From positions 2,099 through 34,329 of the forward strand of contig CAYPKC010000002.1 in the NCBI GenBank assembly GCA_964411215.1: a DNA stretch of 32,231 nt. Reading direction: 5' to 3'. Positions 1 to 10,069 of this stretch are shown here, piece after piece. A program made the translations under genes and the position numbers. Under the pieces are notes generated by a model. The model did no database searches. It had not been told where the DNA came from and was given only the letters and a program-made list of their open reading frames with translations. Each line of letters opens with the position of its first letter. The first letter of the stretch is position 1. Source of the stretch: an uncultured Eggerthellaceae bacterium (GTDB taxonomy: Bacteria > Actinomycetota > Coriobacteriia > Coriobacteriales > Eggerthellaceae).

Positions 1-764
1 ATGTTGCAATGACCGGCGATGGCGTCAATGACACGTTGGCGCTTAAAGCAGCCGACTGCAGTGTCGCTATGGCTTCGGGATCAGATGCCGCCCGCAATGT
101 CGCAACGCTTGTGCTTGTGAACAATGACTTTGCCTCTATGCCGAAGGTTGTTGCCGAAGGAAGGCGTTCGATCAACAATCTGCAACGCTCGGCATCGCTC
201 TTTCTGGTGAAGACGCTTTTGTCTATGACGCTTGCCGTCTTGTTTATTCTGCTTCCGTGGCAATATCCCTTCCAGCCGATTCAGATGACACTTATCTCGG
301 CATTCACCATAGGCCTTCCCTCTTTTGTCCTTGCCCTTGAGCCAAACCATGATCTTGTTCGTGGCAGATTCTTGAGAAACGTCATTGTGCGCTCGATTCC
401 CAGTGCGTTTTGCGCCGTTTTAACCATTATTGCCATGAATGTCATAGGATACGTGGGTCTTGGGCTTGACTATGAACAGGTATCGACGCTCTGCGTTTTA
501 TTGACGGCTTGGATCGGCTTTATGCTTGTTGTCAGGCTTTCCCTCCCCTTCACGCCTATCAGAGGTGCGTTGTGCATCGTGGTTGTTGCGGGACTTCTTT
601 TAGGATCGCTTTTGTTCCCGAACCTCTTTGCCATCAGCCCCTTTACCCCTGCTATGGGAATGGTGTTTGCGATCAGCGCTGTAAGTGTAGCCATCCTCTT
701 CAATGTCCTGTATTCGCTCCTCACCGGCTGGTACGACAAGAGCAAATACCGCCATCAAAAGTAA
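1..764 (+). CDS. Cation-transporting P-type ATPase, C-terminal part (gene begins upstream of window)
   Basis: The frame of ORF 9..764 stays open to the window edge. The preceding codons give V-A, completing the P-type hinge motif VAMTGDGVNDxxALKxAD. This is followed by GSDAA and about five hydrophobic helices (M6-M10-like). Confidence 0.9.
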   Translation, partial: VAMTGDGVNDTLALKAADCSVAMASGSDAARNVATLVLVNNDFASMPKVVAEGRRSINNLQRSASLFLVKTLLSMTLAVLFILLPWQYPFQPIQMTLISAFTIGLPSFVLALEPNHDLVRGRFLRNVIVRSIPSAFCAVLTIIAMNVIGYVGLGLDYEQVSTLCVLLTAWIGFMLVVRLSLPFTPIRGALCIVVVAGLLLGSLLFPNLFAISPFTPAMGMVFAISAVSVAILFNVLYSLLTGWYDKSKYRHQK

Positions 765-796
765 ATACAAAACGACCCCGCGTATCGCAGGGTCGT
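761..796 (-). terminator. Rho-independent terminator downstream of hppA (possibly bidirectional)
   Basis: Hairpin ACGACCC-c-GCG / tat / CGC-a-GGGTCGT at 772..796. On the minus strand it is followed by TTTTGTATTT (complement of 761..771). It lies between the convergent ATPase and hppA genes. Confidence 0.6.
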
Positions 797-857
797 CTAT
801 CTTGATCACACTATGATCTGCGAGCGAGACAGCATGCCCCGCTCACGTAGTTCTTGA

Positions 858-2987
858 TTACATAGCAATGAGTGCCAGCAGCGGAACCAAGAGCAGTGCC
901 ACAATGTTGAACACCTTGATCATGGAGTTCAGGGCTGGGCCTGCAGTGTCTTTGTACGGATCACCTACGGTGTCACCCGTGACTGCTGCCTGATGTGCGA
1001 AGGAACCCTTGCCGCCGAACTTGCCTTCCTCGATAAGCTTCTTGGCGTTATCCCACGCGCCACCGCCACTCGTCATAGAGATAGCGACGAACAGACCCGT
1101 GATAATCGTGCCTACCAAAGCGCCACCGAGCACAAGCGTGGTGAATTCAAAAGCGGCTGTGTATCCGACGGCCTTCAAGATGAAGCCCACAATAATAATG
1201 ATGATGGGAGCACCGATCGGAATCATGGCCGGCAGCGTCATTTCGCGCAGCGCTGCCTGGGTTACGAGGTCAACGGCCTTGCCATAATCAGGCTTGCCGG
1301 TGCCTTCCATAATGCCCGGGATCTCCTTGAACTGGCGACGAACTTCGTCAACAACTTCGCCTGCCGCTTTGCCCACACTGGTCATAGCACGTGCGGCGAA
1401 GAGGTAAGGCAAAAGACCGCCGATGAACAGGCCGATCAAAATGAACGGGTTAGACAAATCGAACGAGAAGGTTGCGCCCGTTTGCTCTGCAACCGTATGC
1501 GTGAAGTCGGAGAACAAAACGACAGCGGCCAGAGCAGCACTCGCAATGGCATAGCCTTTGGTAACTGCCTTGGTCGTGTTGCCGACAGCGTCAAGGGCGT
1601 CGGTGCGTTCGCGGACTTCTTCAGGCAGACCGCTCATCTCGGCAATGCCGCCAGCATTGTCAGTAACTGGTCCGAATGAGTCGATAGCAACGACGATGCC
1701 TGCCATAGAAAGCATGGACAGCGCCGCAACGGAGATGCCGAAGATGCCGCCCAAGAAGAAGCAGATGATCATGGCAAGCACGATGGCCAAAACAGGAAGC
1801 CCCGTTGCTTCCATGCCAACAGCAAGACCCTGGATGATGTTGGTAGCGTGTCCTGTCTCCGATGCCTCAGAAATGCTTTCCACCGGCTTTTTCTCAGAAG
1901 AGGTGTAGTAGTCGGTGATGTAGACCATTGCCGCTGTCAAAACAACACCAACGACAGCGCAGATCCACACCGTGAGCGGCGTCATGGATTCCGGGCCTAA
2001 AGCGGTGTTCACGACAATCATGTTGCCGAGCATGACCTGGCAGATCGGGAAGAAAAGGATGATCGCGATAATAGCTGCGATCCAAAGACCTTTATATAAC
2101 GCACCCATGATCGTTCCGTTCGGGCTCATCTTCACGAACACCGTTCCGATAATGGAGGCGACGATGGAAGCTGCGCCGATCATAACGGGGAAGCCGAGAG
2201 CCAACGTGAAATTAGAGATGTCAAACGTGAGGTTGCCGATCAGCATGGCAGCAACCGTGGTAACGACATAGGTCTCAAACAGGTCAGCAGCCATGCCAGC
2301 GCAGTCGCCGACGTTGTCGCCAACGTTGTCGGCAATAACAGCCGGATTGCGCGGATCGTCTTCCGGAATACCTGCTTCAACCTTGCCTACCAAGTCAGCG
2401 CCCACGTCAGCTGCCTTGGTGAAGATGCCGCCGCCTAAACGAGCGAACACGCTGATCAGAGAGCCGCCGAAGCCAAGGCCAACGAGTGCCGACCAGTCAG
2501 CAATACCGGCCAAAACAAGTATCGAGATGATCGAAACGGACAGAATACCGAGACCGATGACGAACATGCCGGTGACGGTTCCGGAGCGGAAAGCTGCGCG
2601 AAGAGCAGCGCCAAGACCGGTGCGAGCCGCTTCAGCGGTACGAACATTTGCCGTTACGGAAATGCGCATGCCGATAAAGCCTGCTGCAGCAGAAGCAAAT
2701 CCACCCAAGATGAAGCCGATAGCTGTCCAGACGCCAAATCCTGAGACGCCTAACAAGCCCGGCACCAAAAGCAGAATCGCAATGATGACAGCAACGATCG
2801 CGACGGTTCTGTATTGACGAGACAGGTAAGCCATGGCGCCTTCCTGAATCGCCGCTGCAATGCTTTGCATCTTCTCATTGCCTGCAGGCAGTTTCTTGAT
2901 GCTGCTAATGAGTGCAGCAGCATAGACCGCAGCAATGATTCCCGCAGCCAGCCCTATGATAAGGGGCAGCGAGGGCATTTCTACCAT
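858..2987 (-). CDS. hppA: Membrane-bound proton-translocating pyrophosphatase, K+-independent type
   Basis: About 710 aa polytopic protein with the H+-PPase signatures [37 protein letters not shown] and [17 protein letters not shown]. The motif GNTTKA (Lys rather than Ala) marks the K+-independent class. Start set at ATG 2987 (MVEMPS...), 7 nt after GAAAGGG. The ORF-track start at 3041 lies inside a palindrome and adds a non-hydrophobic leader. Confidence 0.95.
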   Translation of the reverse strand: MVEMPSLPLIIGLAAGIIAAVYAAALISSIKKLPAGNEKMQSIAAAIQEGAMAYLSRQYRTVAIVAVIIAILLLVPGLLGVSGFGVWTAIGFILGGFASAAAGFIGMRISVTANVRTAEAARTGLGAALRAAFRSGTVTGMFVIGLGILSVSIISILVLAGIADWSALVGLGFGGSLISVFARLGGGIFTKAADVGADLVGKVEAGIPEDDPRNPAVIADNVGDNVGDCAGMAADLFETYVVTTVAAMLIGNLTFDISNFTLALGFPVMIGAASIVASIIGTVFVKMSPNGTIMGALYKGLWIAAIIAIILFFPICQVMLGNMIVVNTALGPESMTPLTVWICAVVGVVLTAAMVYITDYYTSSEKKPVESISEASETGHATNIIQGLAVGMEATGLPVLAIVLAMIICFFLGGIFGISVAALSMLSMAGIVVAIDSFGPVTDNAGGIAEMSGLPEEVRERTDALDAVGNTTKAVTKGYAIASAALAAVVLFSDFTHTVAEQTGATFSFDLSNPFILIGLFIGGLLPYLFAARAMTSVGKAAGEVVDEVRRQFKEIPGIMEGTGKPDYGKAVDLVTQAALREMTLPAMIPIGAPIIIIIVGFILKAVGYTAAFEFTTLVLGGALVGTIITGLFVAISMTSGGGAWDNAKKLIEEGKFGGKGSFAHQAAVTGDTVGDPYKDTAGPALNSMIKVFNIVALLLVPLLALIAM

Positions 2988-3023
2988 GATACAACCCTTT
3001 CTATTAGCAAATCCTTTTTGCGC

Positions 3024-3041
3024 ATGGGCGCACGCGCCCAT
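3024..3041. promoter_or_regulatory. 18-bp perfect palindrome in the hppA leader/promoter region
   Basis: ATGGGCGC-AC-GCGCCCAT, 37 nt upstream of the hppA start. No T-tract on either strand, so it is not a canonical terminator. It could be an operator or a 5'-UTR hairpin. Confidence 0.3.
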
Positions 3042-3130
3042 GTCCCCAACAGCTCTAAGAACTGCAACTGAATACTTATATCACTTTTTTAGGAGATTCT
3101 GTGGAGAATTGTGGTGATACGCCCGTATAG

Positions 3131-4183
3131 CTAGCTGATTTTCACAACCCAACCTGCTGGGCCCTCAATCTCGCCGCTTTGGATGCCCGTCAGTGTGTTG
3201 CGAAGCTCGGTCATCACCGGACCTGGTTTCTCCATTCCGCTAATGTTGATCGTTTTGTCTCCATAGGTAATCATGCCAACGGGGCTGATGACTGCTGCGG
3301 TGCCGCAGAGTCCCGCTTCGACAAAATCGCCTGCTTCGACTTCGCTGATCTTCACGGGGCGCTCTTCGACCTTCATACCCAAAATGTCACGGGCAACTAC
3401 CACGAGCGAACGTCTTGTAATGGACGGCAGAATGGAATCAGTCGCACTTTGAGGAACGACAAGCGTGCCTTCTTTGTTGACGAAGATGATGTTGGCGCCG
3501 CCAGCTTCTTCGACATACGTTCTGCTCTGCGAATCAAGGTAGAGATTCTCGGCAAACCCGTTTGCATGGGCTTCGACATTGGCTCGCAAGCTCATCGCGT
3601 AGTTGAGGCCGGCCTTGATGTTGCCCGTTCCACGCGGTGCTGCACGGTCATACTCGCTGACGCAGATATGGATAGGAACCGCGCCGCCCTTGTAATAAGG
3701 GCCAACGGGCGTGACGAAAATGCGGAACTGGTATTCGTCGGCAGGCTTTACGCCAATGACGATGCCGGTAGCAAACATGACGGGGCGCAAGTACAAGGTT
3801 GCGCCGCTTCCATAAGGCGGCACCCATGCCTCGTTTGCTTTCACGACTTGCTTGACGGCTTCAATGAACCGCTCTTTCGGGAAAGGCGGCATGCAAAGCC
3901 GCTCTGCGGTGGTATACATACGCTCGGCGTTGAGGTCGGGTCTGAAGCATACGATCTCGCCGTCTTTGGTGGTGTAGGCCTTAAGGCCTTCGAAGCATTC
4001 TTGGCAATAATGCAAGATGCCTGCGCATTCGCTCATAACGACGCTATGGTCGGGCGTAAGCTCGCCTTCGCCCCATGCGCCATCTTTATAATTGCAAACG
4101 AAGCTGAAATCCGTCTCCCTGTAACTGAATGTCAGATTGCTCCAGTCAAGATTTTTCTTTTCAACCACCGAGATCATCTCCAT
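3131..4183 (-). CDS. ilvE: Branched-chain amino acid aminotransferase (PLP fold type IV)
   Basis: 350 aa. It has the long-form IlvE hallmarks: FEGLKAY, YLRP, GxGNIKAGLNY, the EExGGANIF-like EEAGGANIIF, and GTAAVISPV near the C-terminus. Confidence 0.93.
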   Translation of the reverse strand: MEMISVVEKKNLDWSNLTFSYRETDFSFVCNYKDGAWGEGELTPDHSVVMSECAGILHYCQECFEGLKAYTTKDGEIVCFRPDLNAERMYTTAERLCMPPFPKERFIEAVKQVVKANEAWVPPYGSGATLYLRPVMFATGIVIGVKPADEYQFRIFVTPVGPYYKGGAVPIHICVSEYDRAAPRGTGNIKAGLNYAMSLRANVEAHANGFAENLYLDSQSRTYVEEAGGANIIFVNKEGTLVVPQSATDSILPSITRRSLVVVARDILGMKVEERPVKISEVEAGDFVEAGLCGTAAVISPVGMITYGDKTINISGMEKPGPVMTELRNTLTGIQSGEIEGPAGWVVKIS

Positions 4184-4211
4184 ACCCTATTGAGTCTTTT
4201 CAAGGCGCATC

Positions 4212-4547
4212 TTAGCCGAATTCGCGGAATAAGAAGACGCGCCTGAGATCCATATACCACTTATCCTCAAGCTCTATTATATCGGGATACATTTCAAGAA
4301 TTTTAAATCTCGGAATCTTGCAGCTATGAAGCCGGCATGTTTGGCTGCGTACGGGGTAGATGGCACACGTCATGTCATCGTTGCGGAAGGGGCACACGCC
4401 TTCACCGAGATCGCGCGGTGTTGCGTGACCCGCATCGACATAATCGATAATGCGCTTTGCCTCTTCGCGCGTCATTGCAATCACAGAGATGTTGCAACAC
4501 GTTCCGCACTGGGCGCACTCTTCATATGCGTTAAAACCAGTATCCAC
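4212..4547 (-). CDS. YkgJ-family (CxxCxxCC) cysteine-cluster protein
   Basis: Contains CAQCGTCCN plus downstream Cys residues (CPF, CAIY, CRLHSC), typical of UPF0153/YkgJ. Start reassigned to GTG 4547, 5 nt after a strong GGGAGGAGG RBS (4552..4560). The longer ORF-track start would overlap the upstream gene by 58 nt. Confidence 0.7.
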   Translation of the reverse strand: MDTGFNAYEECAQCGTCCNISVIAMTREEAKRIIDYVDAGHATPRDLGEGVCPFRNDDMTCAIYPVRSQTCRLHSCKIPRFKILEMYPDIIELEDKWYMDLRRVFLFREFG

Positions 4548-4582
4548 CTTACCTCCTCCCGCACCAAAAACGGGACAATAGG

Positions 4583-5557
4583 CTACGTCCCCGTTGTCCC
4601 GGTTTTGGTGCGGGAACCGCGTTCGCAGCGATTTCCCCACGAGTCAATGATCTCGCCGTTTTTGTACACGCAAATGACTTCGCAGTTGTTGGAGCATATG
4701 CCGCACTCGACTTCGCGCGTGACGAACTCAAAATCTTGGAAACCTTGCAGATCAATGGGCTTCTCGCCATTGGTTTCAGTCTCTGCTGCTGCAAGCAATG
4801 CGATCCCGAATGCTCCCATCAAATGCCCATCGTCATCAACGATCACCGGAAGCCCCAGCTCGTCTTCAAACGCTTTCACGACGCCAATGTTCTTGCTGAC
4901 GCCTCCCTGAAAGACAACCGGCGCAGAAACATGCTTGCCCTTCCCCACATTATTAAGGTAGTTGGACACCACGGCCTTGCACAGACCGGCAATAATGTCT
5001 TCGCGGCTATAGCCGACTTGAATCTTGTGAACTAAATCGGATTCTGCAAACACCGTGCAGCGCGCAGCGATTTTTGCAGGCTTATGCGATGTCAATGCAA
5101 TGCTGCCGAATTCTTCTACCTCAACGCCGAGTCTTTGTGCTTGGCTCGACAAAAAGGCACCCGTACCAGCAGCACAGAGCGTGTTCATCGCGTAATCGGT
5201 GGCGATGCCCCCATCCAAGAGAATGATCTTCGAGTCCTGGCCGCCTATTTCCAAGATCGTGCGCACATCAGGGTGAATATAGGTGGTGCCCACCGCATGT
5301 GCCGTAATCTCGTTTTTGACGACCTCGGCACCAAGCATCGCGCCAACCAAACGCCTTGCCGATCCGGTTGTGCCCGCACCGACAATCTCAACGTCTTCGC
5401 CAACTTGTCCTGCAAGATCAGCCACCACGCGCTTGGCAGCCTGAGACGGATTGCCTTCCGTCCACAAGTAGGATCGCGCAATAATGGTGCGATCCTTGTC
5501 AATGAGTACTCCCTTTGTAGAGATGGATCCGATATCGATTCCCAAATATGCTTTCAT
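4583..5557 (-). CDS. BadF/BadG/BcrA/BcrD-type ATPase (acyl-CoA dehydratase activase-like 'archerase') with Cys-rich C-terminal tail
   Basis: N-terminal actin-fold phosphate-1 motif LGIDIGSISTKGVL. Both [4Fe-4S]-bridging Cys contexts of HgdC-type activators are present (LCAAGTGAFL and RCTVFAESD). C-terminal tail is CGICSNNCEVICV...GNRCERG. Confidence 0.85.
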   Translation of the reverse strand: MKAYLGIDIGSISTKGVLIDKDRTIIARSYLWTEGNPSQAAKRVVADLAGQVGEDVEIVGAGTTGSARRLVGAMLGAEVVKNEITAHAVGTTYIHPDVRTILEIGGQDSKIILLDGGIATDYAMNTLCAAGTGAFLSSQAQRLGVEVEEFGSIALTSHKPAKIAARCTVFAESDLVHKIQVGYSREDIIAGLCKAVVSNYLNNVGKGKHVSAPVVFQGGVSKNIGVVKAFEDELGLPVIVDDDGHLMGAFGIALLAAAETETNGEKPIDLQGFQDFEFVTREVECGICSNNCEVICVYKNGEIIDSWGNRCERGSRTKTGTTGT

Positions 5558-5597
5558 TGCCTTAATCCGCCTTGGTCGTTAGGTACCGCTGTTATCG

Positions 5598-6713
5598 TTA
5601 CTTCGTGCTAAGCGCCCTGCCATGCTTTTTCCTCATAGCAAGCATGTCATAGAACGCTTCAAGCCTGGTTGAAAGTCCCGTATCGCTTGTCTCTGTATCG
5701 TAGGTCAGATACAAAATGGGGATATCGTAGTCTTCAGAGATGCGCCTCAGGATAGGAATGCAATCGATTTCAGGCGTGCATCCCGCACATTTTGCATGAA
5801 TCAGCCCGTCAAAGCCTGATTGCGCAAACTCTTTTGCTGCTGCGAGCGTCAGCGTCGATGTTGGCCCTGCATCGAACTGCAAGTATTCGGAAATACCGCG
5901 TCGCATATTCTTTTCGTGATAATGCAGGTAGCGATTGGAGAAATTCAGCTTTCGGTGCACTTCCGCCCCAAGCGCCATAAGCTTTTCGTCAAGCCCCAAA
6001 TTGGAATTCTCATCAATTGCCGTATAAAGCTCTCCCACAATGCCGATGCGTATGCAATCGTTCGGCTTATCGATGGGAATGGCGTTCATGCGATCGAGCG
6101 ATTTTGCACGAACCTCTTCAATGTCTTTAGCCGACGTGCAATGCATCATGTCGTTCAAAAACGACTCCCACGCTTGCGCATAGCTCCCCCGCGTCAGTTC
6201 AAAAGCGCCATGCTCCATATAGAAATCGCGCACTTCGTCAAGCGCGTTCAGCATCTTCGCGCACACAAGCAACTGCTTAATGCCAAAAGGCAAATTGATG
6301 TCAGGATTGACCAGGCGAAGCACTTCTTTGCCCCACCCGAGATACCCCTGCTCAATGCCGTGCGAGAAATTCAGCATGGTGAATTCATAGCCCATATCAC
6401 GCAGAATCTTCTCCTGCATCTCTCCGTAATAACCGAGCCGGCAAGGGCCGCCCACCTGCACAAGAAAATCCGCACCGCGCTCTAAAGCCTCAATCCAATC
6501 TCCCATCATGTGCTTGAAGGGCGTGCACACATAGTCGCTCGAGTTCTGTATCCCCAGTTCAAGGGTGCGTTTTGTCGGCTTTGGCAGCGGAAGATAATCG
6601 CAATCGAGAACTTGCTCGACAAAAAACTTGAACAGCGGCGCATAGTAGGCGTAACGAAAAACGGCAATCTTGGTGTCTTTGTGACTGCTTGCATCACGCT
6701 TGAACGTAACCAT
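5598..6713 (-). CDS. 2-hydroxyacyl-CoA dehydratase (HgdB/D-component)-like, activase-related protein
   Basis: About 371 aa with multiple conserved-looking Cys (YVCTP, GGPCRLG, KCAGCTPEIDC), resembling the C-terminal halves of fused activase-DUF2229 proteins. Start set to ATG 6713 (MVTFKRD), preceded by GAGGAGG. It overlaps the upstream stop by 20 nt. Confidence 0.65.
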   Translation of the reverse strand: MVTFKRDASSHKDTKIAVFRYAYYAPLFKFFVEQVLDCDYLPLPKPTKRTLELGIQNSSDYVCTPFKHMMGDWIEALERGADFLVQVGGPCRLGYYGEMQEKILRDMGYEFTMLNFSHGIEQGYLGWGKEVLRLVNPDINLPFGIKQLLVCAKMLNALDEVRDFYMEHGAFELTRGSYAQAWESFLNDMMHCTSAKDIEEVRAKSLDRMNAIPIDKPNDCIRIGIVGELYTAIDENSNLGLDEKLMALGAEVHRKLNFSNRYLHYHEKNMRRGISEYLQFDAGPTSTLTLAAAKEFAQSGFDGLIHAKCAGCTPEIDCIPILRRISEDYDIPILYLTYDTETSDTGLSTRLEAFYDMLAMRKKHGRALSTK

Positions 6714-7722
6714 GGGCAGGTTTCGCCTCCTCACCAAGATACGACCCCTTCTTCTTATACCGAAGAATGTCGACAAAACTCTCTATTCGTGTCTGAATGC
6801 CTGCCATGCCGCTTAACGAATCGATCATGAGATTCAGAATAGGAAGGTCGCTGAAATAGCGGATAACGGCATCATCAAACATAGAGTCGGGGCCACACGG
6901 AAATGCCGACAGCAGAATTACGCCGTCAATCCTCTTTTTGTTTTGAAGAAGAGAGCCCACCAGTTCGCGATTGATCAGCCACGGCAACGTATCGGAGAAT
7001 TCAAAGCTCCTTTTGAATCCAGCTGCACGGTCGCTTTCATCAGCATAGATCACAAATGCATTCAGCGATTCAATGGTGCGCACGATATCGCCGAAGATAT
7101 AGTCGTCATGCGCCACATAGGGATGCGCGATAAGAAGAATTGTCAATGGAGCGTCTATATCAGATGCGTGCTCTTTCAAAGACAGGCGCTTGAACTTATC
7201 GAGCAAGCAAAAGCTTTCTTCTTGATGAAGCGCCCGGCGTCTGTCGGAAAGAGCCTGCGCCTTATGCGCATCATGCCACGCTTGCGAAGCCTCTTGCGGT
7301 GAAGCGCCCAACGTGGATACGGCAAAATCAACAAAAGCCTTTTTCGTCTTCCGCACATTCTTGGAATCGGCCACGCGCAACGTCAGTACTTCTTGGCATC
7401 TGTCCCGAAATGTCGCTCGCACCATATCGGGAAGCGACTGGTACTTGGTGCAAAACCCTGCGCGTGGATTGGTGCTGTCATAACAGGGGATAAAGAGCGC
7501 GTCACATGAATCAACAAGGGAGGCGACGTGGCCCAGATAAATCTTTGAGGCAAGGCATACTTCATCAGATGATTCGGCTTCACCCAAATCAAAGATGGCC
7601 TTGTCGGTTGGCGGGCTCACTATTACCGTGCAGTCAAGCCTTTCGAGAAAGGTTTGCCACAGTATGCCGTACTTATACCAGAGCAACCCCCTGGGAATCC
7701 CTATGATTCTGTCTTGCTGCAC
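6694..7722 (-). CDS. Acyl-CoA dehydratase activase-related protein (DUF2229-like)
   Basis: N-terminus (R)IIGIPRGLLWYKYGILWQTFLERLDC resembles the IGIPRAL..Y start of CoA-enzyme-activase-associated domains. Cys-rich (EVCLASK, DSCDALFIPCYD, GFCTKY, FPCGPD). The start is uncertain because the GTG at 7722 sits only 2 nt after GGAG. Confidence 0.6.
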   Translation of the reverse strand: MQQDRIIGIPRGLLWYKYGILWQTFLERLDCTVIVSPPTDKAIFDLGEAESSDEVCLASKIYLGHVASLVDSCDALFIPCYDSTNPRAGFCTKYQSLPDMVRATFRDRCQEVLTLRVADSKNVRKTKKAFVDFAVSTLGASPQEASQAWHDAHKAQALSDRRRALHQEESFCLLDKFKRLSLKEHASDIDAPLTILLIAHPYVAHDDYIFGDIVRTIESLNAFVIYADESDRAAGFKRSFEFSDTLPWLINRELVGSLLQNKKRIDGVILLSAFPCGPDSMFDDAVIRYFSDLPILNLMIDSLSGMAGIQTRIESFVDILRYKKKGSYLGEEAKPAHGYVQA

Positions 7723-7902
7723 CTCTCCCCCTTAGCTCGCGCGACATGCGCGCATCAACGAAAAGACATGATAATCGATACGATATATAACCGTATTCTG
7801 TTACTAAATGTTATCGATTCTCAATTTCAGCATGAGAAATACCGCGAAAAAGCTATTAATGGTATTGAGGGACGAAGAGGTTAGCCCGCAAAGGCTCAAA
7901 GG

Positions 7903-9435
7903 ATGAAGATGGCTGATTCGGATACGCGCATATCGGTGGATGAGGCGCTCGTCAAGCTTATTACCTATGCACAAGACAAGAGTCTCATTTGCGAAGAAGA
8001 TTCCGTATGGGCGCTCAATACTGAATTGAGCATCCTTGGTTTAGCGTCTTTTTACGGCGATCTCTCGGACAAAAGTCCCATTGCTGATGCAGATCTTGAA
8101 GGCATCCTGACCATTCTGTGCGACGACGCCTGCGAGCGCGGCATTATTGAAGACACGCCGGCTGCGCGCGATCGGCTCGACACCAATATTATGGGCGCGC
8201 TCACCGCACGACCGTCTCATGTGATCGATATGTTTTGGGCTGAATACGGCAGATCTGCCCACAACGCGACGAATTGGTTTTTCCGCTTCAATCAAGACGT
8301 GAACTACATCAGGCGCTCTCGCGTGGCCAAAGACCTGCGATGGCAAGTTGCCACGGAATATGGCGATTTGGATATCACGATCAACCTTGCGAAACCGGAA
8401 AAGGATCCTAAAGATATCGCCGCAGCGCAGCATGCTCCCCATAACGATTATCCACGGTGTCTGCTCTGTCGGGAAAACGAAGGGTATGCGGGCCGCATCG
8501 ATCATCCAGCGCGGCAGAATTTGCGCATGATCCCGCTGAATCTTGCCGATGAGCCGTGGTTTTTCCAGTACAGCCCTTATGCGTATTACAACGAGCATTG
8601 CATCGTCTTGAGCACACATCATGTGCCTATGCATATTGACCGCACCACGTTCGACAGGCTTTTGGAATTCGTCTCGCTGTTCCCCGCCTACTTCATAGGA
8701 TCAAATGCCGATCTGCCTATCGTCGGCGGTTCGGTGCTCAGCCATGACCATTTCCAAGGAGGCAGGTGCACGTTCGCTATGACGAAAGCGCCTCTTGAGG
8801 ACACGTTTGTTTTCAAAGGTTTCGAAGATGTGGAAGCAGGCATTGTCCGATGGCCCATGAGCGTTATTCGCCTCACGTCCATTGATCCGCATCATCTGTC
8901 TGCGCTCGCGGAAAAAATACTGACCCGCTGGCGCACCTACTCTGATGAAAAAGCCTGCATCGTTGCTTTCACGGATGACGTGGGCCATAACACCATTACG
9001 CCTATTGCGCGCCAGAAAGATGGTGCTTTTGAGCTTGATCTCGTACTCAGGAACAACCTCACCACGGAAGAGCATCCGTATGGCGTGTTTCATCCTCATG
9101 CAGAGCTTCACCATATTAAGAAGGAAAATATCGGGCTGATTGAAGTCATGGGGCTCGCCGTTCTTCCAGCACGGCTGAAAGATGAACTGAACGAGCTCGC
9201 GTGCGCTCTGATGGCTGGCGAACATATTCGCAAGAACGCGCTGATTGCTAAACATGCCGATTGGGCAGAATATCTTGCATCAGCCTACACGTTCACCGCC
9301 GAGAACGTGTGCGACATCTTGAAAGAAGAGGTCGGTCAGGTGTTTGTGCGCGTGCTGGAACAAGCAGGTGTTTTCAAGCGAACGCCCGAAGGACATGCTG
9401 CTTTCATGCGCTTCATCAAAAGCGTCTCGCACTAA
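7903..9435 (+). CDS. galT: UDP-glucose--hexose-1-phosphate uridylyltransferase (galactose-1-P uridylyltransferase, class II, Gram-positive type)
   Basis: About 510 aa, the length class of family-2 GalT, with CLLCRENEGY and a HxHxQ-like SHDHFQGG active-site region. ATG 7909 has better RBS spacing (AAGGA-6 nt) than 7903. Confidence 0.88.
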   Translation: MKMADSDTRISVDEALVKLITYAQDKSLICEEDSVWALNTELSILGLASFYGDLSDKSPIADADLEGILTILCDDACERGIIEDTPAARDRLDTNIMGALTARPSHVIDMFWAEYGRSAHNATNWFFRFNQDVNYIRRSRVAKDLRWQVATEYGDLDITINLAKPEKDPKDIAAAQHAPHNDYPRCLLCRENEGYAGRIDHPARQNLRMIPLNLADEPWFFQYSPYAYYNEHCIVLSTHHVPMHIDRTTFDRLLEFVSLFPAYFIGSNADLPIVGGSVLSHDHFQGGRCTFAMTKAPLEDTFVFKGFEDVEAGIVRWPMSVIRLTSIDPHHLSALAEKILTRWRTYSDEKACIVAFTDDVGHNTITPIARQKDGAFELDLVLRNNLTTEEHPYGVFHPHAELHHIKKENIGLIEVMGLAVLPARLKDELNELACALMAGEHIRKNALIAKHADWAEYLASAYTFTAENVCDILKEEVGQVFVRVLEQAGVFKRTPEGHAAFMRFIKSVSH

Positions 9436-9515
9436 AGCTCGCAGACTTTCGCCGCGCACACAATAGGTATATGCGATAATCAATACATCCACTGTTCTCA
9501 TGAAAGGAAACGCAC

Positions 9516-9914
9516 ATGGATGAGGTCTTGAAGTATCTAAAGGACAATCCCACTTACTATCTTGCAACCGTTGATGCACAGGGAAATCCTGATGTTCGTC
9601 CGTTTGGCACCATCTCAAAAATTGATGGCGATCTGTACATTCAAACCGGCATGGTGAAAGATTGCTACAAGCAAATGGAAGCGCATCCGCAAATCGCCAT
9701 CTGCACGGCAGACGACAAGGGCACATGGCTGCGCCTGACGGCAACCGTCGTTCCCGTGTTGGATGATGCGATTGTCAACGCTGTTCTGGATGAGTATCCG
9801 CAGCTTCGCGACATGTATACGCCGGGCGACGGCAACACGGTTGTTCTCAAGCTCACCAATGCCACGGCTCGCTTCTGCTCCTTTACGGCAGAACCACGCA
9901 CCGTCACGTTCTAA
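9516..9914 (+). CDS. Pyridoxamine 5'-phosphate oxidase-family (FMN-binding split-barrel) protein
   Basis: 132 aa. The N-terminus LKDNPTYYLATVDAQGNPDVRPFG is typical of small PNPOx-like proteins. RBS AAAGGAAA lies 7 nt upstream. Confidence 0.72.
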   Translation: MDEVLKYLKDNPTYYLATVDAQGNPDVRPFGTISKIDGDLYIQTGMVKDCYKQMEAHPQIAICTADDKGTWLRLTATVVPVLDDAIVNAVLDEYPQLRDMYTPGDGNTVVLKLTNATARFCSFTAEPRTVTF

Positions 9915-9969
9915 TCTGAACGAACGACTCCGGGGTTTTTAAACCCTTCCGAGGTTTCGATTCGGATGT

Positions 9970-10006
9970 AAACGCATGGGCTCACCTGAGTCCATGCGTT
10001 TTTGTA
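9970..10006 (+). terminator. Rho-independent terminator after the galT/PNPOx-like unit
   Basis: 14-bp stem AAACGCATGGgCTC / loop ACCT / GAGtCCATGCGTTT with one mismatch, running into TTTTTGTATT. Confidence 0.8.
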
Positions 10007-10069
10007 TTACAGTACGAACAAAACAGCTCTTATTGAGACAGTATCAACTTCACGATCAAGGAGTACCTC

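Noticed and set aside
3179-4246. Long antisense ORFs opposite well-supported genes (355 aa at 3179..4246 +, and likewise 993..1679 +, 5820..6485 +, 8041..8634 -, 21185..22066 +, 22833..23447 +, 29341..29940 -, 30961..31530 +)
   Set aside because: Each lies fully inside a gene with strong family motifs on the other strand. Their translations are Arg/His/Cys-rich with no recognisable domains or RBSs, which is typical of shadow ORFs.
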